The notes under the pieces are model-generated. The model made no database searches and was not told the DNA's origin. It saw only the letters and a program-made list of their open reading frames with translations. Both the position numbers and the translations under genes were made by a program. This document shows positions 36,146 through 45,515 of a stretch of 64,000 nucleotides of DNA, one piece after another. The first letter of the stretch is position 1, and each line of letters opens with the position of its first letter. The DNA is taken from NCBI GenBank assembly GCA_965200975.1, contig OZ241740.1, positions 108,300 to 172,299 on the forward strand. Reading direction: 5' to 3'. This stretch comes from Dehalococcoidia bacterium (GTDB lineage: Bacteria; Chloroflexota; Dehalococcoidia; Lucifugimonadales; Australimonadaceae).

Positions 36146-36175
36146 ATGATATATCCGCCGCAGGAGTAAAGTCCA
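36146..36175 (-). promoter_or_regulatory. candidate promoter TGGACT-N18-TATCAT for the Rrf2-moeB-cysM operon
   Basis: Minus-strand -10 TATCAT at 36146-36151 and -35-like TGGACT at 36170-36175. An imperfect inverted repeat ACCTAAT-N8-AATAGGT lies at 36175-36196. Confidence 0.3.
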
Positions 36176-36253
36176 CCTAATCGGTCAACAATAGGTTTAC
36201 CGGGAGACGCCGGGGTTGCGGGACGCTGGCGGTGGCGGCGATGCGGGGGAGTC

Positions 36254-36262
36254 TGCTATCCT
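36254..36262 (+). promoter_or_regulatory. extended -10 element TGCTATCCT upstream of rplY
   Basis: TG-C-TATCCT, 54 nt before ATG 36316. Confidence 0.35.
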
Positions 36263-36315
36263 CTGTCGCCAGCCCCCGATTGCGGGGCGTTCTCTGTGAA
36301 GGCGGACACTGAACT

Positions 36316-36912
36316 ATGGACGAGTTGCTCCTCGAAGCTGAGCCGCGCGCGGCGATGGGGAAGAAGACCCGCGCTCTCCGTCGCTCCGGCGTCACCCCGA
36401 TTCACGTGTATGGCCGCGGAGGGGACTCTCTCTCGCTGCAGGCCGACACCCACTCCCTTGTCCAGGCGCTTACGGCAGCCGGACGCACCAGCCCCCTCTC
36501 GGTCAAAGTAGGCGGCGACACGCACTTCGTGATAGTGCAGCAGGTGCAGCGGCACCCCGTTACGGAACGCCTGCTGCACGTTGATCTCTTGCGCATCTCG
36601 CGAACGGAGCGCACGCGCGCAGCCGTCCCTCTGCGGTTCGAGGGAGAGGCGCCGGGCGCCCGCCTCGACGGCGCTTCGCTCTCCGAGGATCTGCGCGAAA
36701 TCGAGGTCGAGGCGCTCCCCATGGACATCCCGCACGACCTCTCCGTCGACCTCTCCGTCCTCGCGTCGGGGGACTCCGCGATCCACGCGGGCGACATTGC
36801 GCTTCCGGCCGGCGTAGCGCTGGCCGCCGACCCCGACGCGCTAGTGGCGCACATCGTGCAGGCTCACGGCGCGAGCGACGACGACAGCGACGCCCAGCCT
36901 GCCGCAGAGTAG
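36316..36912 (+). CDS. rplY: 50S ribosomal protein L25 / general stress protein Ctc
   Basis: 198 aa. ...RALRRSGVTPIHVYG... N-terminal domain plus the Ctc-type C-terminal domain and an acidic tail. Confidence 0.88.
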   Translation: MDELLLEAEPRAAMGKKTRALRRSGVTPIHVYGRGGDSLSLQADTHSLVQALTAAGRTSPLSVKVGGDTHFVIVQQVQRHPVTERLLHVDLLRISRTERTRAAVPLRFEGEAPGARLDGASLSEDLREIEVEALPMDIPHDLSVDLSVLASGDSAIHAGDIALPAGVALAADPDALVAHIVQAHGASDDDSDAQPAAE

Positions 36913-36914
36913 GG

Positions 36915-37862
36915 CTACGACGGGAGCAGCGCCCCGATAAACGCGCCTCGCCCGCGAACGAACTCGTTGACTCCGGTTTCAGCGCGGCCCTCGTACTTCA
37001 CGCTGAGCAGCCGCACCGCGCCGTCGCCCGTCCCCACGAGCGTTTGGCCATCCACCGAGGCCGTCCGCCCCGGCGCCAGGCCCGACTCGCCGGCAAGGGC
37101 GGCGTCGACAATCGCGAGGCGCCTCCCCTCCCATGTCGTGGCTGTTCCGGGCCAGAGCGCGTAGGCGCGCACCTTCCGCACGATCAGCTCGGCGGGCTCG
37201 CTCCAGTCGATCTCTCCGTCGGCTTTCGCCAGCCGTTTCGTCAGGGTGGCCCCGCCGCTCGGCTGCGGAGTCGGCGCGATTCCCCCTTCAACGTACGCCG
37301 GCAGCGCCTCTTCGAGCATCTCCGCCCCCAGCGCGAACAGCCGCCGCGTGAGTTCCGGAGTCCGCTCGTTTCCTGTGAGAGGCGCGCGGCGCTGGGCGAT
37401 CACCGGCCCTGTGTCGAGGCCCTCGTCCATAACCATCAGCGACGTCCCTGTCTCTTGGTCGCCGGCAAGGATGGCGCCTGCGACGGGCGCCGCGCCGCGG
37501 TGGCGAGGCAGCAGCGAGGGGTGCACGTTCACTGCTCCGCTCCCCGGCTCGAACAGGAACGGAGCAGGCAGCAGCAGCCCGTACGCCGCGAGCACAACGA
37601 GGTCTGCGCCCAGCGCGCGGAACCGCTCTTGCTCTTCAGGAGACATCAGCCGCTCAGGAGTTAGCGCCGGGATGTGGTTTTCGTCCGCATAGACGCGCAC
37701 CGGCGACGGAGCGAGCCGGCGTCCCCGTCCGCGCGGACGATCAGGCGACGTGTAGACCGCAGCGACGCTCCAGCCCATCCGGCGAGCGACCCGCCGCACC
37801 GCGTCGAGAACGGCGACCGCGGGCTCCGGAGTCCCCATAAACACTATCTTTCCGTCGGCCAC
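36915..37862 (-). CDS. fmt: methionyl-tRNA formyltransferase
   Basis: 315 aa. IVFMGTPEPAV and HPSLLPRHRGAAP motifs. Confidence 0.9.
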   Translation of the reverse strand: MADGKIVFMGTPEPAVAVLDAVRRVARRMGWSVAAVYTSPDRPRGRGRRLAPSPVRVYADENHIPALTPERLMSPEEQERFRALGADLVVLAAYGLLLPAPFLFEPGSGAVNVHPSLLPRHRGAAPVAGAILAGDQETGTSLMVMDEGLDTGPVIAQRRAPLTGNERTPELTRRLFALGAEMLEEALPAYVEGGIAPTPQPSGGATLTKRLAKADGEIDWSEPAELIVRKVRAYALWPGTATTWEGRRLAIVDAALAGESGLAPGRTASVDGQTLVGTGDGAVRLLSVKYEGRAETGVNEFVRGRGAFIGALLPS

Positions 37863-38174
37863 GCTCCGAATCTTAGCATCGGGAGCGCGCGGCGAGCGGG
37901 CGAGCGGGCCATCCTCCCCGGGGTCCTCGCCGCAGGGCGGATCGGTTGCGCGCCGATGTGTCTGCTTACAACGTTCCGCGGCGCCGGCGAGATTGCAAGA
38001 GGGGCGCGGACAGATTTCCCGACTATTCCTCCCTTGGGACGGAACGCTCTCCCCTGCTACAGTTCCCCTCTACCCCAGCTCGCAGTTGCACAGCCGCGCC
38101 CTCGCGCAGGTCTGCTCGCGTGTACTTCGTAGCCTGGCGCCTCTCAGACTCTGTGCAGGAGGACAGCCCCACCG

Positions 38175-39542
38175 TTGTCGCCCGAATCTGCAGAACGCCT
38201 CTGGAACGCCGCCCTCGGCAGACTTCAGGTGCAAACCCCCAAGCCCACCTTCGACACGTGGCTCGCCGGATCTTCAGGCAGCCGCATCGACGACGAAGGG
38301 CACCTTATCGTCTCAATGCCGTCGGCCTTCGCAGCCGACTGGGTGGAGCAACAGCTGCAGACTCTGATCGACGCGGCGGTAAGTTCGGTCGCACGACGGC
38401 CTATGTCCGTCTCCTATATCGTCGGGACAGAGCCGCGCGTCCCTGTTCCCGCGCAGGCTGCGCCCGAGGCTCCCGCGGTCAGCGCGCCTACCCTCGCAAA
38501 TCCCCTGCGCGCCGACTTCACCTTCGACCGCTATATCGTCGGCCCCTCTAACCAGCTAGCGTTCGCCGCCGCGCAGGCCGTCGCGCGCGATCCTGGTTCC
38601 GCGTTCAATCCTCTCTTCTTCTACGGCTCCGTCGGGTTAGGCAAGACGCACCTGATGCACGCGATCGGGCTCCAGACATCCCTCGCAGGGCTGCCCACGC
38701 TCTACGTCAGCGCCGAGCAGTTCACCACCGACTACCTGTCCGCTCTACGCTCCAAGCGGATGGAGGAGTTCCGCGAGCGCTTCCGAACGCTCCGCGTGCT
38801 GCTCGTCGACGACATACAGTCGCTCGCCGGAAAACCCTCCACCCAGAACTTCTTCTTCGACATATTCAACGCGCTCGTAGACAACGGCGGGCAGCTGGTC
38901 CTCAGCTCCGACCGCCCCGCCGGCGAACTCTCCCAACTCTCGCCGAGGCTCCGCTCACGGTTCGAAGCAGGGCTCCAGGCGGACATCTCTCCGCCCGACT
39001 ACGAGACCCGCATAGCCCTCCTCGACTCCTTCGCGGAACAGGCGGGACTCTCCCTGCCGCGCCAAGGGGTCGAACTCCTGGCGAACCGCATCACCGACAG
39101 CGTTCGGCCACTCTTGGGCTACTTTACCCGGCTCGCAGCCCTCTCCCAGTTTTCCGGAACCCCCGTCACCATCGATCTCGTCGTCGAGTCCCTGGGCCCG
39201 CAGACTTCGAGTACGACTCACGCCCTCACGCCGGAGACCATCATTCGGACGGTTGCTCTCGCCCGCGGAGTGCCTCTCTCGAGCCTGACAGGCCGCGGAC
39301 GAAGCAAGGCTGTCTCCTCAGCGCGTCAACTGGCGATGCACCTTCTCCACACCGAACTGCGCCTCACTCCTGAGGAGATCGGCTCTCTGATGGGAAAGAG
39401 AGACCGGACAACCGTCCTCTACAGCCTGAGGCGCGCAGGCGAAGCAGTCGCAGCAAGCGCGACGATGGCGCAGGAAGTGGAGATCCTCCGCGCGTCGTTG
39501 ACAACTGAGCAGGACTCCCCGCTGATATCAACATCCGCGTAA
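38175..39542 (+). CDS. dnaA: chromosomal replication initiator protein DnaA
   Basis: 455 aa, TTG start behind AGGAGG. Walker A GSVGLGKTHL, Walker B LLVDDIQ, sensor RLRSRF, and C-terminal DNA-binding region ARQLAMHLLH...GKRDRTTVLYSLRR. Confidence 0.93.
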   Translation: MSPESAERLWNAALGRLQVQTPKPTFDTWLAGSSGSRIDDEGHLIVSMPSAFAADWVEQQLQTLIDAAVSSVARRPMSVSYIVGTEPRVPVPAQAAPEAPAVSAPTLANPLRADFTFDRYIVGPSNQLAFAAAQAVARDPGSAFNPLFFYGSVGLGKTHLMHAIGLQTSLAGLPTLYVSAEQFTTDYLSALRSKRMEEFRERFRTLRVLLVDDIQSLAGKPSTQNFFFDIFNALVDNGGQLVLSSDRPAGELSQLSPRLRSRFEAGLQADISPPDYETRIALLDSFAEQAGLSLPRQGVELLANRITDSVRPLLGYFTRLAALSQFSGTPVTIDLVVESLGPQTSSTTHALTPETIIRTVALARGVPLSSLTGRGRSKAVSSARQLAMHLLHTELRLTPEEIGSLMGKRDRTTVLYSLRRAGEAVAASATMAQEVEILRASLTTEQDSPLISTSA

Positions 39543-39568
39543 CAGTCTATAGACTCCGTATTCCGCAT

Positions 39569-39577
39569 TTGTCCACG
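39569..39577 (+). promoter_or_regulatory. single DnaA-box-like 9-mer TTGTCCACG
   Basis: 7/9 match to TTATCCACA (8/9 to the high-GC variant TTGTCCACA), 27 nt after the dnaA stop. Confidence 0.3.
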
Positions 39578-39610
39578 GCAGGATTTTCCCCGGGGTTCCT
39601 GTCATCCCCA

Positions 39611-39655
39611 TTAACAGATTCAATAAAGATAAAGACATGTTGGATTTAATTGAAC
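39611..39655. other. 45-bp AT-rich tract (11/45 G+C, counted by hand); candidate DNA-unwinding element overlapping the obg start
   Basis: TTAACAGATTCAATAAAGATAAAGACATGTTGGATTTAATTGAAC. It is unique in composition within this window. Confidence 0.35.
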
Positions 39656-40899
39656 TGACTGCAGTAGGCGGGCGCGGAGGGAGCGGTGGAGTCTCCTTCC
39701 TCCGTGAGAAGTTCCGCCCTCGAGGCGGGCCTGACGGAGGAGACGGTGGGGATGGAGGCCCGGTCGTCGTTCGCTCGAGTTCGAGCTTGCGTTCGCTAGA
39801 CCACTACGAGGGAGTCCGCCGCATAGCGGGGCAGTCAGGGTTGCCGGGGCTGAGCAAGAATCGGACGGGGCGCAAGGGGCGCCCAGCGTACATAGACGCT
39901 CCTGTGGGAACAGTCGTGTGGCAGGTTATCGAGGGTGGAGAGCGGAGGTTCCTGACCGAACTGCTGTATGACTCAGCCGAGACGGTGATCGCCTATGGAG
40001 GCCGAGGGGGAGTCGGGAATACTCGATTCGCGACGGCGACGAACCAGGAGCCTCTGCTAGCCATTGCAGGCGAGCCTGGGGAAGAGCGAGTCGTCCAGTT
40101 AGAGATCAAGCTCGTCGCGGATGTGGGCCTCGTAGGCGCGCCGAACGCCGGGAAGTCCACGCTCCTGAGCGTGATCTCACGCGCGAAACCGAAGGTGGCG
40201 GACTACCCGTTCACGACTCTGGAGCCGGGGTTAGGAGTTGTCGAGTCGGGCGGGAGGAGGCTGATCGTCGCTGATATTCCGGGCCTTGTTGAGGGCGCGC
40301 ATCGGGGACGGGGGTTGGGACTGGAGTTTCTCCGCCACTGCGAACGCGCGGCGGCGCTTGCGCATCTGGTGGACGGCATGGCTGAGGACTTGCTGCGCGA
40401 GTACGAGACGGTCGAGGGGGAGCTGTCGCAGTACGGTTCCGGGCTGGACGACAAGCCCCGGGTTGTCGTCGTTACGAAACTGGATGTCCCCGAGGCGCGA
40501 GATCGGTTTCTGGAGCAGCGCGCGGCGCTTGCAGCGGCGGCAGGAGTGGAGCCGCTGGGGATCTCATCCGCGACCGGAGAGGGCATGCCAGCGCTGCTCT
40601 CCCGCATGGAGAGCCTCGTCCCTGCGCCGGATGCGGATGCGGAGAGCGCCGTTCCGCGGGTTGCGCGGCTCCGGAGGCCGCCGCCTCATCCGCGCGTTCG
40701 CTGGGAGGAGGGCTGCTACGTCGTGCAGTGCCCTCCGGCGGAGCGGATACTGGAGGCGTCGCACTTTGGCTCCTGGCGGGCGAGGATGCAGTTCAATAAC
40801 GAACTGGAGAGGCTCGGCGTCGTGGACGCGCTGCAGCGCGCGGGGGCGGCGCGGGGTGATACAGTGCGCATCGCCGATTTCGAGTTCGTATGGGAGTAG
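39637..40899 (+). CDS. obg: GTPase Obg/CgtA
   Basis: 420 aa. Gly-rich Obg fold GGRGGSGGVSFLREKFRPRGGPDGGDGG, G1 GAPNAGKST, DIPGLVEGA, and a C-terminal OCT-like domain. Confidence 0.93.
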   Translation: MLDLIELTAVGGRGGSGGVSFLREKFRPRGGPDGGDGGDGGPVVVRSSSSLRSLDHYEGVRRIAGQSGLPGLSKNRTGRKGRPAYIDAPVGTVVWQVIEGGERRFLTELLYDSAETVIAYGGRGGVGNTRFATATNQEPLLAIAGEPGEERVVQLEIKLVADVGLVGAPNAGKSTLLSVISRAKPKVADYPFTTLEPGLGVVESGGRRLIVADIPGLVEGAHRGRGLGLEFLRHCERAAALAHLVDGMAEDLLREYETVEGELSQYGSGLDDKPRVVVVTKLDVPEARDRFLEQRAALAAAAGVEPLGISSATGEGMPALLSRMESLVPAPDADAESAVPRVARLRRPPPHPRVRWEEGCYVVQCPPAERILEASHFGSWRARMQFNNELERLGVVDALQRAGAARGDTVRIADFEFVWE

Positions 40900-41543
40900 C
40901 CGTGCGTCGGGGACTTCTGGGGGGCACGTTCGACCCCATTCATACCGGCCATCTGATCCTCGCGCAGGAGGCCCAGTGGAGGCTGCGCCTGGATGAGGTG
41001 TGGTTCGTCCCGACCGGGCTGCCTTGGATGAAACGCGGCGAGCCGGTGACCGACAGGGGGCATCGCCGAGCGATGGTCGAGCTGGCTATCGACGGGAACC
41101 CCGCGTTCCGGCTGTCGACGGTCGAACTCGACAGGCCGGGGGAGACGTACACCGTCGATACGCTCGAGGAATTGCGCGCCGGGCCGATGGCTGACGGCGA
41201 GATGATTTTCATAATGGGGGCCGACGCGTTTCACTCGATGCACCGCTGGCGCGATCCACAGCGGATACTGGAGCTGACGCGCGTCGTGGTCGCTATGCGC
41301 CCCGGGCACGGGCCTGTCGACCTGGGGCCTTTGACGGAAGTCGACCCGACGGCCCCGGAGCGCGTCATGACGGCGCCGGCGCCGCTCATCGACATCAGCG
41401 GAACGGAACTGCGGCGGCGGGTGAGCCAGAGCGAGCCGTTCCGGTATCTCGTCCCGGACGCGGTCGCGGACTACATCGAACGGAATGGCCTGTACCGCGG
41501 GCGGACGGCCGCGCTGCGGGCCGGAGGGGGAGCGCATGACTGA
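40890..41543 (+). CDS. nadD: nicotinate-nucleotide adenylyltransferase
   Basis: 217 aa. GGTFDPIHTGH motif. Overlaps the obg stop. Confidence 0.88.
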   Translation: MGVAVRRGLLGGTFDPIHTGHLILAQEAQWRLRLDEVWFVPTGLPWMKRGEPVTDRGHRRAMVELAIDGNPAFRLSTVELDRPGETYTVDTLEELRAGPMADGEMIFIMGADAFHSMHRWRDPQRILELTRVVVAMRPGHGPVDLGPLTEVDPTAPERVMTAPAPLIDISGTELRRRVSQSEPFRYLVPDAVADYIERNGLYRGRTAALRAGGGAHD

Positions 41544-42123
41544 CGCGGGCGACGGCGCCGCCGAGCGGATACTGGGCCTTGCGCGCGAGCTTGGCGCGCT
41601 GACGTACGGGGAGTTCGTGCTGGCCTCGGGCGCGACGAGCAACTACTACTTCGACGGGCGGCTGTTGACGCTCTCGCCGTCGGGCGCGGAACTTTCGGCG
41701 CGGGCGCTGCTGCCCGCCATCCGGAGCGCCGGGGCTGCGGCGGTCGGAGGGCCGGCGGTTGGGGCAGTGCCGCTGGTGACCGAGATAGCGCTACTTAGCG
41801 GTCTCGACGGCGGCGCTCCGGTGCCGGGGTTTTTCGTGAGGAAAGAAGCGAAAGACCACGGAATGGGGAAAGCCCTCGAAGGCCCAGTCCCGGAAGGCGG
41901 CAAGGTGGCGATTGTCGACGACACCTGTTCGACTGCGGGATCGCTCTACATGGCCATAGAGGCCGCGGAGGCTGCGGGGCACACGGTTGCGCTTGTCGCG
42001 TGCATTCTCGACCGTCGGCAAGGGGGGAGCGACCGTCTGCGGAGCGACGGCTACGCGTTTGCCGCGGTGCTGGAAGCAGATGAAGAAGGGAACGTCGCCC
42101 CGGCGCGCGGCGCGGGAGCGTAG
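41536..42123 (+). CDS. pyrE: orotate phosphoribosyltransferase
   Basis: 195 aa from ATG 41536 (8-nt overlap with nadD). PRPP motif VAIVDDTCSTAGS. Confidence 0.85.
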   Translation: MTDAGDGAAERILGLARELGALTYGEFVLASGATSNYYFDGRLLTLSPSGAELSARALLPAIRSAGAAAVGGPAVGAVPLVTEIALLSGLDGGAPVPGFFVRKEAKDHGMGKALEGPVPEGGKVAIVDDTCSTAGSLYMAIEAAEAAGHTVALVACILDRRQGGSDRLRSDGYAFAAVLEADEEGNVAPARGAGA

Positions 42124-42160
42124 CAGGCCGCCGGAACTTTCCCGCGGTGCACGGGATTTC

Positions 42161-44569
42161 CTAGATGTCGAGGTTCTTCACCTGGCGGGCGTGGGCCTGG
42201 ATCCACTCCTTGCGCGGCTGCACCAGATCGCCCATTAGTTCGGTGAAGGCGCGGTCGGCGTCTGCGGCGTCGTCGACGGAGACCTGCAGCAGGGTGCGCG
42301 TGGCGGGATTCATCGTTGTCTCCCAGAGCTGTTCGGGGTTCATCTCTCCGAGCCCCTTGTAGCGTTGGAGGCCGATGCCCTGCCGTTCGGAGTGGTGCTC
42401 GAGCGTCGGAACCAGCTCCTGCCAGGAGACGTCCCCGGCGACTTCGTTGTCGCGCCGGGACACGGTGTACGTGTGCCCGTTGACCCATGAAGCGAGCGAA
42501 GGGAAGAGCTGGCTGGCGTGGTGGGCGGCTGCGGACTCCAGCACGCGCGGGACGTTGATGAGCCCGTAGCCGGGCGCCTCGATGAAGTACTCCTTCTTGG
42601 CTTGGTCGATGACCGGAGCGCATTCGAAGCCCTGCGAGGTTAGCCAGGCGACGAGAGCGTGCACGGAGGCTTCGCCCTCGAAGGCGAGTCGGTAGGCGCC
42701 CTGCTCGGCGCCCTGCATAAAGGGGCCGACGAGTTCAGGAGCGAGCCCTAGGCTCGACAGCGGGCGCACCCAGCTGAGGAACTCCTTGAGGCGGGCGATC
42801 AGCTCCTGGATTTTGGCGCCGGAGAGTTTGACCTTGCCGTCGCTGGAGGCGAGGGCGATGCGGCCGAACATCTGGCGGGCGAGCCAGGAGTCCTTGTCGC
42901 TTTCGGAGTACTGGTATTGCACGGAGCGCCCGCGGGAAGTGCGGTAGAGGGGAGGTTGCGCGATGTAGAGGTGGCCGGCGTCGATGAGCGCGCGCATATT
43001 GCGGAAGAAGAACGTGAGGAGCAGCGTGCGGATATGGGCGCCGTCGACGTCGGCGTCGGTCATGATGATGACTTTGTGGTAGCGGAGCTTGGCCAGGTTG
43101 AAGTCTTCGCCGAGGCCGGCGCCGAGGGCCGTGATGAGGGCGCGGATCTCTTCGTGGGCGAGCATCTTGTCGGGGCGGGCCTTTTCGACGTTGAGGATCT
43201 TGCCGCGGAGGGGAAGTATGGCCTGGTGCTTGCGGTCGCGCCCCATCTTGGCGGAGCCGCCTGCGGAGTCGCCCTCGACGACGTAGATCTCGGAGAGTTC
43301 GGGGCTGCGCTCGGCGCAGTCGGCGAGCTTGCCGGGAAGGGAGCCGCCTTCCATAGCGTTCTTGCGGATGACGAGATCGCGAGCCTTGCGGGCGGCCTCG
43401 CGGGCCTTCTGGGAGGTGAGGCACTTCTCGATGATGCGGCGAGCCTCGTTGGGGTGCTCTTCCAGGTAGAAGTCGAGGTTCTGGACGAGGGCTTGCTCGA
43501 CGGCCCCCTTGGTGTCGGCGTTGCCGAGTTTCGCCTTGGTCTGCCCTTCGAACTGCGGCTCCTCCAGCCGGACGCTGACGATGGCGGTGAGGCCCTCGCG
43601 GACGTCGTCGCCGCTGAAGTTGGGGGCGTCGTCCTTAACCAGCTTGCTCTTCTTGGAGTAGTTGTTGATGGCGCGGGTGAGTCCTGCGCGGAACCCTACG
43701 AGGTGGGTGCCGCCGTCTGCAGTGTTGATGCAGTTGGCGAACGACAGGGTGGACTCGTAGTAGCCGTTGTTGTACTGCAGGGCGACCTCGACCATAGCGC
43801 CGTCGGTCGTCTGCTCGAAGTAGAACGGCTCCGGCTGAAGGACCTCGCGGCTCTGGTTGAGGTGCCGAACGAAGCTTGCGATCCCGCCCTCGAAGTAGAA
43901 GGCGCGGTCGGACTCCGGGTGCGCCTCGGAGGAGAAGGAGAGATGGATGGCCTTGTTGAGATAGGCCATCTCCCTGAAGCGTTGCAGAAGGGTGTCGCGC
44001 TCGTAATTGGCGGCGCCGAAGATCTCCGAATCGGCTCTGAACCGCACGAGGGTTCCGCTCTGGAGGGGGTCGTCGGGGCGGATAGGGCCTTCGTCCTGCA
44101 CGTCGCCTGTTGGGATGCCGCGGGCGTACTCTTGGGAGTAGACCTGACCGTTGCGCCGCACCTCGACGCGCATCCATTCCGAGAGGGCGTTGACGACGGA
44201 CGCGCCGACGCCGTGGAGGCCGCCCGAGACCTTGTAGGCGCCGCCGCCGAACTTGCCGCCGGCGTGGAGGGTGGTCATGATGGTTTCGAGGGCGGGGCGC
44301 GAGGTTGTGGCGTGGATGTCGACGGGAATGCCGCGCCCGTTGTCCCAAACGGAGACGGAATCGTCGGCGTGGATGCGCACGGAGACGCTGTCGCAGTAGC
44401 CGGCCATGGCCTCGTCGATGGCGTTGTCGACGATCTCGTAGACGAGGTGGTGGAGGCCGCGCTGGTCGGTGCTTCCGATGTACATTCCGGGCCGCCGCCG
44501 GACGGCCTCAAGGCCCTCGAGGACCTGGATATCGCTGGCGGTGTAGCGGGCCTCTTCCTGCTTTACCAT
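42161..44569 (-). CDS. gyrB: DNA gyrase subunit B, long form (802 aa) with an insertion of about 165 aa before the [10 protein letters not shown] motif
   Basis: [49 protein letters not shown] and [19 protein letters not shown] motifs. Confidence 0.95.
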   Translation of the reverse strand: MVKQEEARYTASDIQVLEGLEAVRRRPGMYIGSTDQRGLHHLVYEIVDNAIDEAMAGYCDSVSVRIHADDSVSVWDNGRGIPVDIHATTSRPALETIMTTLHAGGKFGGGAYKVSGGLHGVGASVVNALSEWMRVEVRRNGQVYSQEYARGIPTGDVQDEGPIRPDDPLQSGTLVRFRADSEIFGAANYERDTLLQRFREMAYLNKAIHLSFSSEAHPESDRAFYFEGGIASFVRHLNQSREVLQPEPFYFEQTTDGAMVEVALQYNNGYYESTLSFANCINTADGGTHLVGFRAGLTRAINNYSKKSKLVKDDAPNFSGDDVREGLTAIVSVRLEEPQFEGQTKAKLGNADTKGAVEQALVQNLDFYLEEHPNEARRIIEKCLTSQKAREAARKARDLVIRKNAMEGGSLPGKLADCAERSPELSEIYVVEGDSAGGSAKMGRDRKHQAILPLRGKILNVEKARPDKMLAHEEIRALITALGAGLGEDFNLAKLRYHKVIIMTDADVDGAHIRTLLLTFFFRNMRALIDAGHLYIAQPPLYRTSRGRSVQYQYSESDKDSWLARQMFGRIALASSDGKVKLSGAKIQELIARLKEFLSWVRPLSSLGLAPELVGPFMQGAEQGAYRLAFEGEASVHALVAWLTSQGFECAPVIDQAKKEYFIEAPGYGLINVPRVLESAAAHHASQLFPSLASWVNGHTYTVSRRDNEVAGDVSWQELVPTLEHHSERQGIGLQRYKGLGEMNPEQLWETTMNPATRTLLQVSVDDAADADRAFTELMGDLVQPRKEWIQAHARQVKNLDI

Positions 44570-44674
44570 TACGCTAGAGGGCTCCTGGGCGCGAGTCGCG
44601 GCTGCGGGCCGCGAGGAACTCGGCGAGGGCGGGGTGAAGGCGCTGTGCCGGGCAAAGAGCGCAGATACGACCCT

Positions 44675-44704
44675 AATTTTACCCGTTGGCCTAGTAATTG
44701 GTCA
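44675..44704 (-). promoter_or_regulatory. sigma-70-type promoter TTGACC-N18-TAAAAT for gyrB
   Basis: The minus strand has -35 at 44699-44704 and -10 at 44675-44680, within a locally AT-rich patch. The leader is about 100 nt. Confidence 0.5.
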
Positions 44705-44817
44705 AAGCGTTTTGCGCACATATTATGGGAACATGCATTCTCCGGCATCGCTGGCGCGACGGCTCATGGCAGGCGGCGCGCGCTGATGGCGCAACGGCTG
44801 CCCGGAGGGAGGCAGGC

Positions 44818-44847
44818 TTGACGTCCCCCCTTGCGTCAAGCTAAAAA
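44818..44847 (+). promoter_or_regulatory. candidate promoter TTGACG-N18-TAAAAA for cmk (near-leaderless)
   Basis: The -10 ends 8 nt before GTG 44856. The -35 is part of an 8-bp inverted repeat GCTTGACG/CGTCAAGC. Confidence 0.35.
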
Positions 44848-44855
44848 ATTCTGCC

Positions 44856-45512
44856 GTGTCCTATCCCTCTGTTATAGCCATCGACGGGCCGGTCGCATCC
44901 GGCAAAACGACGGTCGGGCGCGAAATCGCGAAACGGCTCGACTACCTGTTCGTCGACACTGGAGTGTTCTACCGCGCGGTGACGCTCGCCGCCCTCCGCC
45001 GCGACATCGCTCTCGGCGACGAGGGCGCGCTCACTGCGCTGGCGGAGGGCCTTGACCTGCAGCTTGCCCACCACGGCGAAGGCGTTCTGCTCGACGGCGA
45101 GGACGTGACTGCGCAGCTTCGCGCCCCGAACGTCGATGCGTCGGTCGCGCTGGTCGCGCAGACAGCCGGCGTGCGGCGCGCGATGATGGCCCCGCAGCGC
45201 GCGGCGGCGGCGGGGGGCTCCGTCGTGATGGTGGGGCGAGACATCGGCGCTGTCGTGCTCCCTGATTCCGCGAAGGTGTACCTCGACGCATCGGTCGGGG
45301 AGCGGGCGCGCCGACGCGCCCAGGAGCTGCAGGAGAAAGGGGCGCTCCTCTCCGAGACGGAGGTGCGCGCAAGCCTGGAGCGGCGGGACGAGACGGACTC
45401 GCAGCGGCAAGAAGCTCCGCTGCGGGTGGCGGACGGCGCGCATATAACGTCGACCGACGGGCTCGATGTGCAGGGCGTGGTGGATAAAGTGCTTGCGGCG
45501 CTGGCTGAGTAG
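44856..45512 (+). CDS. cmk: cytidylate kinase
   Basis: 218 aa, P-loop IAIDGPVASGKTT, GTG start. Confidence 0.9.
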   Translation: MSYPSVIAIDGPVASGKTTVGREIAKRLDYLFVDTGVFYRAVTLAALRRDIALGDEGALTALAEGLDLQLAHHGEGVLLDGEDVTAQLRAPNVDASVALVAQTAGVRRAMMAPQRAAAAGGSVVMVGRDIGAVVLPDSAKVYLDASVGERARRRAQELQEKGALLSETEVRASLERRDETDSQRQEAPLRVADGAHITSTDGLDVQGVVDKVLAALAE

Positions 45513-45515
45513 GCC

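Noticed and set aside
37863-38174. DnaA-box cluster upstream of dnaA
   Set aside because: I scanned by eye for TTATCCACA/TTGTCCACA and their complements and found no 7/9 or better match, so I do not annotate boxes here.
42380-42892. The GyrB insertion as an intein
   Set aside because: There is no Cys/Ser at the N-terminal junction, no His-Asn plus Cys/Ser/Thr C-terminal junction, and no endonuclease motifs. The position matches the known proteobacterial GyrB insert.
42917-44821. 634-aa plus-strand ORF, with similar long shadows at 46963..48789 (-), 11049..12947 (+) and 60070..61584 (-)
   Set aside because: These are antisense to gyrB, ppdK, dxs and trpD respectively. They show the same high-GC artefact, and the opposite strands carry unambiguous genes.
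44815-44841. 8-bp inverted repeat GCTTGACG/CGTCAAGC as a terminator for gyrB or cmk
   Set aside because: On the plus strand it is followed by an A-run, and on the minus strand it is preceded (not followed) by a T-run. It lies upstream of both genes. It is more likely promoter or operator context.
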